The notes: a model not told the origin generated them from the sequence alone. A stretch of DNA of 61,745 nucleotides, filler included, from Sphacelaria rigidula (GCA_964200075.2; 10 parts of 10 records of this genome joined end to end with filler, not necessarily neighbours in it); one strand, 5' to 3'; shown: positions 12,371 to 25,793, counted from the first letter of the whole stretch. Made by a program: numbers and translations.

Positions 12371-14011
12371 AAGAATACTGTGTATGGCCTCACATGGATT
12401 CTCGCGTTCGCGAGTTCGTTCCTCAGTGTTTGCATTGTGTAGACACTCGTGCTGGTGAGATTGTACCTCGTCCGTATGGCGATACTGTGCATGGTACTGC
12501 GCCAGGTGGAGTTGTTCACTTTGATTTTTTGTACGTCGGAAAAAGTGGACCTGAAGGTGCTAATGGTTTGCCCGAGGAGAATGGTTTTCGGTGCGTCTTG
12601 GTTATCATGGATGATTTGTCCACCTCCGTTTGACTGGAGCCGACCGAGGCTTGCACCGCCGAGGTTACGGCTAAGCACTTGCTCCATTGGTGCAAGACTT
12701 TGGAGGTTCCGCGTGTTTAGGTTAGCGATACCGCCACGCACTTCAAGAATCGAGTGATCGAGCAGCTGAGCGATGCGCTGAAGGTGCAACATCAATTTAC
12801 TGTTGTGTATACCCCTTGGTCGAAAGGTGCTTGTGAACGCATGGTGAAAGAGGTTATTCGTGCGTTGCGATCTATTTTGTCGGAACAGCGACGGCCGGTG
12901 TCTGAATAGGTTGATGCTTTGCCAGCCGCTCAGTGGGCGTCAGATACTTCTTTTCGTGAACGCTACCGTTACACTCCGTATTGTGTAATGTTTGGGTGTG
13001 CGCCGCGTACAGCGTTTTTCGCGCTGTCTTCTGTCACTGCCGGCGAGTGGAATGTCGATGTCATGGGTGCTCATTCGTTGCGTGACAAGGTTCGATGCGT
13101 GGTTGACGAGCAATTGCGGTTTTGTAACGAAGTGCAAGCTGCTGTCGCGGTGTCTCGCGAAACCAAATGCAAGCTTTCTCAGGGCCAGGCTATGTTGCCC
13201 AAGTTTGTAGTTGGCGATTTCGTCTTGAATGCCCGTGTTCGGAGGCAAGGTGTGACACCCAAGGTGATGTCCACGTGGACAGGGCCTTGGCGAGTGGTCG
13301 GAGCCGATCACGCTCACGTGTATTCGGTGCAGAACATTATTTCTGGCGCTGTGCACTCGGTCCATATCGCTCGTTTACGTTTCTATGCTGACTCGCAGTT
13401 GCACATCACTGCGGAACTCAAAGATGTATCGCAGCATTCGTATGGTCAAGGTGAATGTCGGATGAATGCTTTGGTGCACGTCGCTGAGGATAACAATGGT
13501 GATGTCATTGTTTTGGTCGATTGGGAAGGGATCGGTGCTGAACAACGTACGTAGGAATATCTTCGCAAGATCCATTCTTCTGCGCCTGAATTTGTTTCGA
13601 AGGAACTGCGTAAAATGCGGTTGACTCGGGCGTTGACCAGTAAATTAGCGTGGGAGTATGGTATTACTTTGTGATCGGGCGCATGCGATTTCGCCTTGGT
13701 TTTTTGTTGGTTGTCAAGCTCGTTTGTTTGTCTTGAACTCGCTTTGAGAGTGCTGTAGCCAAACGATACCAAGCCGTAGGTTTCAGTATAATCGCATGCA
13801 TGATTGGAGCAATGGCAGGGGACAGGGGATCCTGGATTGATTGCCCTCGTCTGTGTGGTCCCTTGCTGTCTGGCTCTTGATGTGGTCTGTAGAGGATTAC
13901 TCCGTGATAATAACAAGTGAGAGGGGAGGACTTGTCGAGCACGAGGCCAGTGCTACTGGAGGAGTCCCTCGTGGATAGTCCTCTTCTCCAGATCGTCTCG
14001 CAGAGGTTACA
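12371..14011 (+). mobile_element. 3' half of a degenerate Ty3/gypsy chromovirus-like LTR retrotransposon: integrase plus chromodomain (12371-13674) and 3' LTR (13754-14011)
   Basis: Shows the end of the integrase zinc finger (CLHC), the core (VVHFDFLYVG; VSDTATHFKN; YTPWSKGACERMVKE), a GPY/F-like WTGPWRV and a chromodomain (VLVDWEG), with in-frame stops and frameshifts. The putative 258-bp LTR reads TGTAGCC...GGTTACA. Confidence 0.88.
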
Positions 14012-15209
14012 TTTCACAACGAGCAATGTGTTGCAAAATTCTAGGCGATACAGTCTATATTCATTGTGTTTGAATGAAGTTATTGCAACAAACAATAGTG
14101 GTACAACCTGTTGCGGTTCAACGAAACTACGAATCATGTAATACTGTTTTATTCGTATCGTTGTCACGGAGAGTACCACTTTTGTGTTGATTCATAGTCT
14201 ACCTATTTAGATGGCGTTTCAAGTAGAATGTTGCTGGAGTAGGCGTGTGATCAAATATGTTCACGCTCGGTCATGAGCGAGATTGATGCAAGATATAGTG
14301 CGGTACAAGTAGACATCAACCATGTTGAGGTTGCGGAGTATTACCATAACCAATCAGAGGAATAGTGTCTCCTGACGTAGGTTATGCGAGTACATCACAC
14401 TTCACGCACAGACGACCGAGCTGCGCACCGCCCACCATCGTTCAGGCTGATTTGGGTGCCCGCTGTCGACGTATCGTGCTCTGGGGGTTTGCATAAGTGT
14501 GTGTGGTGAGCGCGTATGTGAGGTATTGAGTGAGAAAGATTGGGTGTGACTTATTGTGTGACAGAGCGAGATTGATTGAAGGAAAGTGAGAGAATACGCA
14601 GGGTATGACCAAAGAATAATACAAAGCGCTTTACTCTACTGTTGTTTGCCTGAACCAGGCTGCTGGCTTCCGTTCACGCACAACTGAATTGCGTGGACGA
14701 TTACGCCCGCATCAAAGCGGTTTCTCAGCGTGTTGCCATGATTTGTCAATGGAAGATACTCTAGAAGAGTATTTAGGCCACATAAGCTGTTAGATATCTC
14801 GTGTGCAAATTTGCAGTTGACCCATGTTGTAGAACTGGCAAGGCTAGCGCGTCAGCAGTAGCGAGGTTGAATTGGATTATACACTTTACTCCTACGTACG
14901 TGTAGAGGTATTTGCTTTTGGTTCCAGGAGGAGGGGTGCTTGAAATCGATGGTCTCTACCATCCTTGCAATTACTCTCCCAAGCTTACCCAGCTCTTCTT
15001 TGTTTGCTCAGCTCTCTGCTCGCAAAAGAGGCTGCTTGATTGTTTCGGCCGAAGTGAAGAGCCCCAAACACCATTTGTCTTTTGACTTTCTGCCCTCTGC
15101 AGAAGCAAGCGGTTTAACTACCACTGTGAAACCTTTGCCATACTACTGTCCCTGCGACGAAAGTCGGTCTGTTTCGAAAACAGCACCGTACACCACGAGC
15201 CAAATATTT

Positions 15210-16128
15210 CCAACACAATGATTCGAGCGCTCGCCCTATTCGGTGTTTCAACAACGAGCAGTGACTCGAATGCTCGCCCTATCAGGTTCTTCCCACAACG
15301 AGTAATGACTCAAGCCCTTGCCCTATTACATTTTTCCACAACAAGCAACGACTCGAGTGCTGGCCCCATTAATGTTTTCCACAACGAGCAGTGACTCGAG
15401 CGCTCGACCTATTATGTTTTCCGCAACGAGCAATGGCTCGAGTGCTCGCCCTGTTACATTTTTCCACAACGAGCAACGACTCGAGTGCTTGCCCCATTAA
15501 TGTTTTCCACAACGAGCAATGACTCGAGTGCTCGCCCTATTAGGTTTTCCGCAACGAGCAATGTCTCGAGTGCTCGCCCTGTCCATTTGTTCCACAACGA
15601 GCAATGACCCGGATGCTCGCGCTAGTAGGTTCTTCCCACAACGAGCAATGGCTCGAGTGCTCGCCCTGTTACATTTTTCCACAACGAGCAACGACTCGAG
15701 TGCTTCCCCCGTCAATGTTTTCCACAACGAGCAATGACTCGAGTGCTCGCCCTATTTGTTTTTCCGCAACGAGCAATGACTCGAATGCTCGCCCTGTCCA
15801 TTTGATCCACAACAAGCAATGACCCGGATGCTCGCGCTAGTAGGTTCTTCCCACAACGAGCAATGGCTCGAGTGCTTGCCCTATTACATTTTTCCACCAC
15901 GAGCAATGACTCGAGTGCTTCCCCCATCAATGTTTTCCACAACGAGCAATGACTCGAGTGCTCGCCCTATTTGTTTTTCCGCAACGAGCAATGTCTCAAA
16001 TGCTCGCCCTATTAGGTTCCTTCCGCAACGAGCAATGACTCGAATGCCCGCCCTGTTCATTTTTTCCACAACGAGCATCTCAACGAGTGCGAGTGCCACG
16101 AGTCACACTCGTGGTCGTCTGACGTGTG
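15210..16128 (+). repeat. ~43-bp minisatellite, ~21 units, with a 5-unit (215-bp) higher-order repeat and a hairpin-bearing terminal segment
   Basis: Unit consensus ccacaacgagcaatgactcgagtgctcgccct plus a 10-12 nt T-rich linker. Variant units recur every 215 bp. The terminal segment is also present at 18556-18633. Confidence 0.92.
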
Positions 16129-16282
16129 GAGAACTCGTCTTGTCTTCCAATCAAATCAGTTGGGGAGGATGGGAGCTTTTCGGCAGCATCCGCTGTTGAA
16201 CTTCGATATACGGAGCACAAGTGCATGTCCTAAAAGCAGTATTTACATCAACTTACTGTTGGTGGTTAACGCCCGACGCATA

Positions 16283-16471
16283 CCCTGACTATGTATAGTG
16301 ATGGGTTTTGAAAACCCCGTAGCTCCTTGTCTACCAATCGTAGAGTTACTGACTCGTACCTCTCGAAGTACAGAAGCCGCGATGCGGCGTATTTACCCTG
16401 CAGATGCAAAATACGATTGGTAGACAAGGGACGACGGGGTTTTCAAACCCCATCATTGTACCTAGTTAGGG
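16283..16471. mobile_element. MITE (189 bp, ~60-bp TIRs, TA flanks; Tc1/mariner-type)
   Basis: TA|ccctgactatgtatagtgatgggttttgaaaaccccgt...acggggttttcaaaccccatcattgtacctagttaggg|TA. Confidence 0.8.
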
Positions 16472-16589
16472 TAACCGTCAACAAGCTATCATCAACGGTG
16501 AATCAATGTTGGGACATGCGATTATACCCCGTGTATGGAATTTCACTAGCAGAGGCTCGCCAAACGACGGGAGGCACGCCAACTGATGA

Positions 16590-18455
16590 AGCATCACCGG
16601 ACCCCAGCATGGTGGAAAGCACTCAGAGCCGCGTGTGAGAACGTGCGTACAGCAATCGATGACGGCATCTATGCACATCTGGAGAGGCATGTGGCGAGGC
16701 TAGAAGCGATCTACAAGGATCGCGACATAAGAGGCCTGTACAAACACCGCAAGAGACCGGTGGGTCTTGGTGGAAGGCAATCCGGGGGGCAGCAGTTCAT
16801 CAAGGACGAGAACGCCGTCCTACTGAGGAACAAAATTGCCATCCTTAAACGATGGGCGAGATTCTTCCGCACCCTGCTCAACGCCAAATCGCCCACGCTG
16901 AACCCAGCCATCATCGAGGAGGTGAAACAGCGACCGGCAGGGGCAACCACCGGGATTTGGCACTGCTTGGGGCAGCACCAACGCTGGAGGAAACCGGACG
17001 AGCAGTCCGGGGGATTCACAGCTGGAAAGCGCGAGGGCAGGACTCTCTCCCCGTGGAGCTACTCAAGATCGACGGCCGCGCCGAGCCCATCGTCCTCGAA
17101 CGCTTCCATGCCATTCTCATCGAGGTGTGGAACGGAGGGGAGGTCCCGCAGGAGTGGAAAGATGCAACCATTAAGGTGCTGTACAAGAAATCGGACTGAT
17201 CCAACTGCAATGACTTCAGACGGATCTCTCTGTTGTCGCACCCAGAGAAGGTGCCCCTGAAGATAGTGGCCAACCGCCTCAGCGACTACTGCGAAACGCA
17301 CGGGATATTACCAGAGGAACAGCGCGGCTTCCGATCTGACCGATCCATTGTCGACATGCTGCTCGTAGTGCGCCGACTCCAGGAGCTGGGACGGCGGCGG
17401 AAAATACCGCTGTACATGTGCTTCGTCGACCTCCAGAAGGCATATGACTCGGTGGACCGAGAGCTTATGTGGCAGGTACTGGCCCGAGCTGGTGTTCCGG
17501 ATGAGATGGCAGCATTTATCCGCCAGTTCCACGACGGTATGCAGGCCCGCGTACGTATCGACGACGTGGAGCTCTCGAAATGGTTTGAAGTCACACAGGG
17601 ACTGCGACAGGGACGTGTACTGTCTCCCCTGCTGTTCAACGTCTTCTTCGCGGCAGTGCTCGACATAGTCCTCATACGATTCAGTCAGGATGATATTACC
17701 ATCAAGGACATGATATATCTCGATGAGGAGACGGGGAGGGGGGCGGAGATACCGCTGGAAAGTGTGCACAGAGCGGTGTGGGGAATGCTGTATGCTGACG
17801 ATGCCGGCGTCATCTCGAGATCCCCCGACGGACTGGCGAGGATAATGACCATCATAGTGGACGTGTTTGGGGCATTTGCACTGACCGTGTCGGAGACGAA
17901 GACGGAGACTCTCTTGATGCGAGTGTCGAGGCAAGGACCAAAGAAGGGGGAGTCACCAACACCATTTTCCCCACCACTGCTCATCGAAGCATCGGGCCAG
18001 AAATACGCCCAAAAACGCAGTTTCCGATACTTGGGCGGGCTCGTCAACGAAGAAGGTGAACTCAAGCAAGAAACCAACAATCGGAGTAGAGCAGCGTAGG
18101 CGTGCATCAGGAAGTTTTCCCGGGAGCTCTGTGACCGACTGAAAGCACCATAGAAACTCAAGGCCCGACTGCTGAAAGCGGAGGCGATGGAGGCCCTACT
18201 ATACGGATGTATGACGTGGGCCCCACGCCGCGAACACTACGACTTGCTTTGAAAAGTGCACTGCCGGCTCCTCCTGCGAGTCATCGGGTACCGCCGAGTG
18301 CGCGGCACAAACCAACAGCTGTCGTATGCACAGGCCCTCAAGGAGACCGGATACCAAAGTGCCGAAGCCATCGTCCGGCAACGACAACTCCTGTTCGCGG
18401 GAGCCCTGGCTAGACAACCGGACGGACGATTACCAAAGCGAATAGCATTCGAAAC
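16590..18455 (+). mobile_element. Non-LTR retrotransposon (RTE-like LINE) reverse transcriptase, degenerate and truncated by the contig end
   Basis: RT motifs VPQEWKDATIKVLYKK, ILPEEQRGFR, MCFVDLQKAYDSV, GLRQGRVLSPLLFN, MLYADD, FRYLG, and C-terminal RQPDGRLPK. Several stops and frameshifts. Confidence 0.92.
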
Positions 18456-19014
18456 NNNNNNNNNNNNNNNNNNNNNNNNNNNNNNNNNNNNNNNNNNNNT
18501 TAATTAATTAANNNNNNNNNNNNNNNNNNNNNNNNNNNNNNNNNNNNNNNNNNNNCCTATTCATTTTTACGGCCAACGAGTAGCCCAACGAGTGCGAGTG
18601 CCACGAGTCACACTCGTGCTCGTCCGACCTATGAAACATTGGCTGAAGACAACGCGAAATAACGAAGCACCAGTGACAAGAAGAGAGATAAAAAAAACAG
18701 GGAAACCGATAGAGACACCAGATCAAGGACTTCAAAAATAGTGCCTCTAGTAAAAAAATCCGACCGGCCCTTCCCAGGGTGGCAGACCAAAATGTCGATA
18801 GTGTGACTCGGAGCACCCTTTTACTCATGAACTGCAACACTTTGCTCTTTGTGTTCGATCCGCGGGGTTTCGTTTTATGTTGGCGTTTGCTTCGTCCGTC
18901 ACATGCGCGGTTCGTTCTCGTGCGTGCGTATATATGTGTGCTTGGTGCTTGATGTTTTTTCAATTTTTCAATTTTTCTTTTTTGTTGTCAAGTTTCAACT
19001 TTTCCTGTCTTCTC

Positions 19015-19046
<32 letters not shown>

Positions 19047-19048
19047 AT
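19015..19048 (+). repeat. (GTT)n microsatellite
   Basis: Direct reading. Confidence 0.9.
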
Positions 19049-19114
19049 TGCTTTCGTTTTCGTTTTCATTTTCCCCTCTTGTCTTTTTTTCTCGTTTTTC
19101 GGCGTGCCTTGCAG

Positions 19115-21077
19115 CTGTGTTAATCTCGGGTGCCAGCAGGATTTCGTCGTTGGGGAGAACACCCCGAATTCGTGCAAGTACCACGCCAAGAACCCGGTGT
19201 TTCATGACGTTGGGAAGTACTGGGCTTGCTGTCCGAATCAGGTCTGTGAATTCAAAGAAATGAATCCGGTGCGATACTGTGAAAGTTATGCTTTTCGGAG
19301 GGCTTCTTTGATCCTGACAAGGTAGTGAAAGCATGCACTCGAAATATATACAGTACTGTCGTCTACCATGTAGCAGTTTCTGTTTTATGCGTGACTGAAC
19401 CCACTCATTTTTTACCTGTTTTTCTTTTTCCAAGAGGAGATAAGGAAAAGCTCGTGAGTCAGCCAGGAATCAAAGATTATACTTCGTATGATTTTCAGTG
19501 ACGCGTTGTTCAAGGAGATAGATGTGCGGGGTGGGAGAGTATGGGGGTATTGAACGAACTGTACAGGCTCGTGAGCGGGGAGGGGTTTGGTCAGCAAGGT
19601 CACTCTTTGACATGTTGGGAGAAGCCTATGGTTCACACACATGTGATCGCTGCGTTGTTGAACTTTCAAACAACAGTGCAAGTGAGCCCAATTTGGTCCC
19701 AATATTCTTGCCCCCCTCCCCATGTTGAGCCGTCCATGAGGCAGTGTAAAAGCCGTGGCTTTATCTGGAAGTGGCGATACCAGAAATTGAAGCAACTCAT
19801 TGTAGACTGTCATCCAAATGCAAGATGATCAGTAGGCCTCGGGTCGAACCATCGTGGCAAGATGCTCACCCTCCATGCGACGCGCCGAACACACCACGGC
19901 GCTTCGCGCTTGGTGATTACGATGCTAGTCCGGCGCGAACACGGCGTGATACGTCTCGGCTTTGTAGGGATGCGAGGTCAACTGTCTCATGACCACGGCA
20001 CGCAATATCATGAGTACACCCCCCTCGTTTACAGGGTTGCTGCCGCACCCCTTCTTGACGGTTGGCGTCGGTTGATGACGCTGTAAAACACGCCACTGAC
20101 TGCGTGAGCTAGGTAACCAGATTGTGTGTGTGTTGTATTGCCATCCCATCTATTCTGGACGCCAGTCTACACCTTTCGGCACATGTGAGTGCATCAGCCG
20201 GGGTCACACAGGACAAAGGCTGACCCAGCTTTTCCCTTTTTTTATCTTGTTTTAATACTCCACCTTCTTTCTGCGGTGCTTGCCTTATTTTTTTCCGCGA
20301 GAGGGGTTCGGCGTTTCCTTTCCCTCGTCGACCGTGATGTCAAACTTTGTGTACCCATGACATAATCGCTCTCCACTGTTGGGCATGGTGTGAGAATAAA
20401 ATCCCAGATCGTATGACTGCACCGAGATTCGAATCCACGACCCAACCGTCAGAAGATTTCGAGGTCACCAACTGAGCCATCGGGACGTTTTTTTATCGCT
20501 TGTGTCTTTTCGCCGCAACCATGATGGTGGTCTAATTAGATCATATCGTGCGGGTTGGAGAACCTCAACTCCGCGCGAAGGGTATGATCGTACTACGTAG
20601 TGTTTGAATGGTGAGACACCCATGAAGTAGTGCAGCCCGTGGCCGTCTCCGCTAGTGGCGATAGCAGAAAATGAAGCAACTCATTTGAAGCTGTCATCCA
20701 TATGTAATATAGTCGTATGCTTCGGGCTGAAGAATCTTAGCATGTTGCAGCTCACCCTTCGCGCAACGCGCTGAGTACATTACGGCGCTTTGCGCTTGGT
20801 AATTGCGCGCCTGGTCCAGCCATTACCCGGCGTGCTCTGTCTTCGGCTTTTTAGGGATGCGAGGTCAATGGTCCCTTGACTACGGCATGCAAGATAATGA
20901 GTACTCGCCCCCTCCCCCCCCTCCCCTCCTATGTCCGTGTATGTGTTCATCTGATGTCGCCTCGGACTACCCTAGGTGAAGTACGAGTTTGATGACTTCA
21001 TTGCGGTACCCGGTTGCTGCATGGGCTACCACGACGACGCTTCCGGGGAGTTTATAAATTCTCCTCCAGTAGCTTAA
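19115..21077 (+). CDS. CHORD (Cys/His-rich zinc-binding) domain protein, last two exons 19115-19241 and 20976-21077
   Basis: The spliced sequence CVNLGCQQDFVVGENTPNSCKYHAKNPVFHDVGKYWACCPNQ|VKYEFDDFIAVPGCCMGYHDDASGEFINSPPVA* is a complete CHORD motif (CxNxGC...CxYH...PVFHD..KxWxCC...F..F...GC..GxH). Canonical GT-AG intron, phase 0. Confidence 0.9.
20059..20925 (+). mobile_element. Poly(C)-tailed SINE-like element (family C), full copy interrupted by a tRNA-SINE
   Basis: Head ggttggcgtcggttg...gctgtaaaacacgccact, body accatgatggtg...gagacacccatgag..., 3' end atgagtactcgccccc. Homologous to 36100-36615, 56341-56821, 43294-43612(-), 19760-20025 and 1-66(-). Confidence 0.8.
20122..20487 (-). mobile_element. 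tRNA-derived SINE (family A) with (CA)n tail
   Basis: On the minus strand: A-box tggctcagttgg, B-box gattcgaatc. The body is shared with 55109-55561(+) and 44187-44368(-). Confidence 0.82.
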
Positions 21078-22975
21078 TAGAGATTTTATGTTATGAGTAG
21101 AATGCTCTTGTTTTCGGAATGTTTTGTTTTTGTCAATCTTGAATGATTGGTTGGTTCCCATTTTCCTTCCCCCCTGCCGGGATTGATGCATGGCCGCCGT
21201 GCTCTGTCAGCACCAGCAGCTATAGCTGAGCTGCTATGGTTGAATGTTGGAATAGCTATCGTTCAGGTTCTGTCTTTGCTCGCAGGGGGAGTTATCGTGT
21301 GGTGCTGCAGTCGAGGTGTGCGCTCTCTAGAGAAGCGCGTCGTGCTACGTCATTAAGTAACACGTCGGACAGCTCATAAGCTGCCTAGTTGTCGCTTCTT
21401 ATTAGTGTAATGGTCCAGATCATGAGCTAGCTCATGTAACCCCTGTTCCCATTTGTTTATGTTGTCTTTTTATTTTTATTTTCTGTCTTAGTCTACTCTA
21501 TTGTTCTGCTTTACCTTTTTTTTTTTCTTTTTTTTTCCAGCGAGTTATTCAGTTTTGTCTTGTCTGGAGTACGCCTGTCATGTGATGACAGATGGATCCC
21601 TGGGGGGTCAGTCAGTGCGACAGCCTATCAGTGAACCAATCCCATATTTTTTTCTACAGCGCTGGACGGAGAGCTCGCGGAATAGCGCGAAGGCTGCGCT
21701 TTGACTTCTCTGACCCCGTGGTCACGTATTTTGTGCTTTTTTTACCAACGGATCTGATAGTCCTCTTTGGTGAGTAGTTTTAGGTAGCTAAGGAGCTGTC
21801 TGGCGTGTGGTACGTTATGGAGTATACCACCCAAGACGGTGAAAACAAATACTTCCAGGGTGAGAGGTAAGCACGGGAGCAGGGAAATGAACCGGGGTTC
21901 AAATCACGATGCAATCTCGAGGAGGGGGACGGGGGTCTTGGTGAGTCAGAGTAGAGTTCATGCGAGAAGTACCTTCTCCGTCCCCTCGTACACTGCGGTG
22001 ACCATTCGGCCGAAAGTTGTATCGTTGACAAAATCCTGTCCACATCAATCGGTAAGCGTGAAATGTTGTAGCAGTGCGGGGGATTTCATGTAGGGAAATA
22101 TCGAGGTAGACTTTTCCATCATCCGGGGTTACGTACTACAGTATGTACGTAGCTTACGTTACGGGATACAGTCGTCGAGTCTTGAATACGACATTTCCTC
22201 ACTTGAGTTTTTTTCACGGACGATTTGTCACTTCACTCGAGAGTTTGCGAGCCGGTAGGTGTTATAAATTAAGCAGGTCACCCTCAGGACACACTTTCCT
22301 GTTTGATCCGGAACGATGCGGAGTGAAATCACGTTCATCGAGGGGGTGTTATTGACCGCATGTGGCGTAGCACACGATTTTCGGCTGTAGCGCAATGGAT
22401 ATCGAGAAAGTAATTGGAGAAATAGAATTGTTCATGATAATGGTCCGGATCGGTTCGGTCGAGCGAAGGTATCACAGAGCGAGAGCTGGGGGCTGTACAC
22501 TCGCCGGACCCCCAAAGACTGGTAAGCCCGTATCTCGTTCACAGCGGGGAAGCGCTGTTCAGCGTGCAGTCGTTAGAGCAGCGGGTTTGGCTTGAGTATT
22601 CATGACAGTGCAGCAGCGGCCACAAATAGTGCGCACGTTATTTTGAGGAATCGTCACGCTCACATGTATATCTGAACGTGAACCATGTTCGCATCTTTTC
22701 AGAAGAACGAGCGCCGTGTTTCGCAGATAAATCTCGCGCTTTGGTTGCCAAGCACTTCATTGCAACTGAAGGCAAGGAAATCACTGATGATTCGAGCCAT
22801 TGGGCACTGCAGCTGACGATTTTTTGTTTTCTTCTTCAACGTGACGGGGTCCTGGTTGATGTGTAGTTACAATATTGTGAATGTTTAGGTTTGCTGATTC
22901 CGGGGGAACCGCACAGCAGTCCTGTAGGAGCACCCATGGCGCGCAGGTTACCCCTTCGGCCGGCGGATTCATATT

Positions 22976-23091
22976 AACAATGTTTTCGTGAGATTGAGAA
23001 AAGAAAATACGATTGAGAGTGAGAAGCGGTCAATGAGTGAATCAATCTACTCTAGTGAGCGCTCTAATCTTAATCTCACGAAAACATTGTT
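22976..23091. mobile_element. Small MITE (116 bp)
   Basis: Perfect 20-bp TIR aacaatgttttcgtgagatt / aatctcacgaaaacattgtt. Confidence 0.7.
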
Positions 23092-25793
23092 TATTGCACT
23101 GTAACATGAAAAAAACGAATGGTCCAGTATACCAAGCGTTGTTGCTTACATATCACGAGTTAACCCCCTGGGTGCCAGAGGTCACAAATGGGATTTAAGT
23201 GAACCTCTACTGGGCTGTGCAGTATTATCAAATCTATTACTAGGATAAGGCACATCACCCTTGCTGTTCGATGTGTGTGGTATGTGCGAGCTGGGCCCGC
23301 CAACAATGCTGGGAGTCGAACGACATTGCCATACCTGAGTTCATCAGTTGGAAGGTTGATTTTTGACACGATATTTACGCCAAAACGCTGAAAGTAACGT
23401 CGGTTTGAAGTTTATGGAGAGATGAGGAGGGAACCTACCATCCCTCGATGAAAAAAACAGTAGGTCGGGCTGCCTCCATGAATCTTGAACTTGCGTGCAG
23501 AGAATCCTTTGAAATTGTGGATTCAAACGCCTGAAATTGAAGATTCCACGTTGTGTGTGACGCCGCTGCACTCGATTTACGGGGATTGGGAGACTTCCAC
23601 ACGGGTGGAAGGTTACGAGTTCGAATCCATACACGTTTTTTCTTGTGCGGAATCTGGTTCCGTCGTTGAGCTTTTATCTTACGCAGTACATTTTGCTTGT
23701 GGTTTTTTCAGCGGCAGAGCGTGTCATCAGCGGGTTGGTCTGCAGTTCACAACAACATATTTAGATCGGACTGATTCGGGAAGCTGAACAGTTGTCGTGT
23801 GCCGAAGGAGTGCAGGTTTTTTGGTTGGCCCAGCTAGCTCGTGCAGCGAACCCAACGTAAACCCGTCTTCTTTATTTCCATGTATTACTGTAGACACAAT
23901 GAGAAAAACAGTTGTACAATCCCGTTTTTTTTTTACTTCTTCCTATCCATTGCCCTAGAGCCGACCACCTTTGTTTTCGGACCAGAAACGGTTATCAACA
24001 CCCCTCTGTCTGGTTTCGTATGCAGTAGTAGTTGTCTTATGGAATATTCTCGCATGCTAGTCGTTGACACTCGAAAGTACTAGAGTCGGTGAGTCATGTC
24101 ACGGTAGTAGGAGTTACACATTTGGGCCCGGAGTGTCTTTTTGAGAGGCTCCTGAAGTTTGGAGCTCCATCAAAGTGCGGGTCACAAAATTCCCGTTTCA
24201 ATACTCATTCGAGATAACCCTACGTGGCCCATTGGAGTCCTATAATGGTAATGATGGCGCTCAATGTCGTTTCCCGATCCACCCACTCGATCGCCTAGAC
24301 ACTTCTTTGCTTGGCGACTTCGTTGGCCGACCCTGTAGGCCCACGACGCTACATGTCCATATGGCGCCGATGGATAGACCAACAGCGTGAGGGTCGACAA
24401 AAGTCAGCCAGCAGCATTGATGCGGATACAGACTTTCGCTCGGGGTGTGTTCCGTCTGGGTAACATAAAACAACACACGACGACGACGATACAACGTAGA
24501 GCAATGATGTTGTCTCTGGCCGCGTATCCAGAGCTGTGGCCAATGCCGGAGTAAGCTACCCTCAAAATATCTACCTCCGTTCCCCGTCCTCCGACGAAGG
24601 CCATGGCCTTTTTGTCGGTACGGCGTGGGGAGGGTCTTTTNNNNNNNNNNNNNNNNNNNNNNNNNNNNNNNNNNNNNNNNNNNNTTAATTAATTAANNNN
24701 NNNNNNNNNNNNNNNNNNNNNNNNNNNNNNNNNNNNNNNNGTATCTACGCGATCGAGGGGCATTAGGCCGACAAGAAAGTCATTGTGCACCATCGCTGAA
24801 AGCGTGGAGAAAGTACTGTTTTGAGCTCGAACCTCATTTCATTGATGAACCTCATTTTTTAGAATCCTCTGTTATGAGCTGTTCGTTATACCCTCTTTTT
24901 GCTGAATAAATAACTCTACAGATCTTGTAACAAAATATTTTGGAAAATTTCATATTGGGAGTGCCTTCACACGGTTGCTCACAGTGAGTATGTCGAGAAA
25001 ACGCCATACAAAATTCTGGTGGAGGTGCTAGGGTTTGCAAATGCTGTACAGGATGTGTCACAAAGAGTGTGAAGAACCCCGTGCAGCACGTCCTACAGCG
25101 TGCCATCTGTCCACGTGTGAAATCTCCCAAAATGTTCTCTTCATCTAAAAACCCAACATGTCGGCAATCAGGTTCCAAATTTGTATGGGTGTAGTAGTTG
25201 TCAATAGCTACCTGTAGGTGAAGGAGTGAAACTTATTTCGAAGATTTGGTGTCGATACGAATATTTTAATTTTCCGGGTTATCATCCTCAATGAAAAATC
25301 CATCCCAAATTTGTAAAATCCCGTGTTTGTAGGTCATCAATTGAATCGGCATCGATTTCATTCGGAAAAAGTATGCATGATCCACATGGACTAACCTCGC
25401 GGTCTAAGAATTACCGCCCCAGATGACAGGGGAAGATGCGCGCGAAGAACTTGGGATCCCAGCCTCTGACATTCCGACCCCCCCGCGCCCATGGTGCTTC
25501 TGCTGGACGGTCTGACGTTTCGGTGTTTACTCAACACCTGAACACCACAACGCCACCCTTGACCGAAAACACACAACTGCGTCGAGTCGGTAAGCGTTGG
25601 TGCGTAGGTTACGAGGTGAGAGGTAGTCGTGAAGTAGCCATTATTCTTCCTGTGCATTTTAGCTTGGACTTTTCTATATGTTACGGATTTATTGATCATT
25701 TTCCCGTCGACTAGGTTCCATGTGTCATACTTCGTCATGCTTGGTATCCCACTGCCTACCCTGATGTCTTCACAACGTTTCGGGACTAGCATT

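Noticed and set aside
15210..16090. CRISPR-like array (palindromic ~32-bp repeat with variable linkers) next to a reverse transcriptase
   Set aside because: The linkers are only 10-12 nt, homologous to one another and recur in a 5-unit period. There are no cas genes. The adjacent RT is an ordinary decayed LINE separated from the array by a MITE.
10793..19115. Joining the WW/DM10-like gene to the CHORD exons
   Set aside because: They are separated by two artificial spacers, with no physical linkage.
20410..20487. tRNA genes here and at ~55110-55180, ~34595-34670 and ~60775-60850
   Set aside because: The cloverleaves are degenerate and followed by shared repeat bodies and tails, so these are SINE heads.
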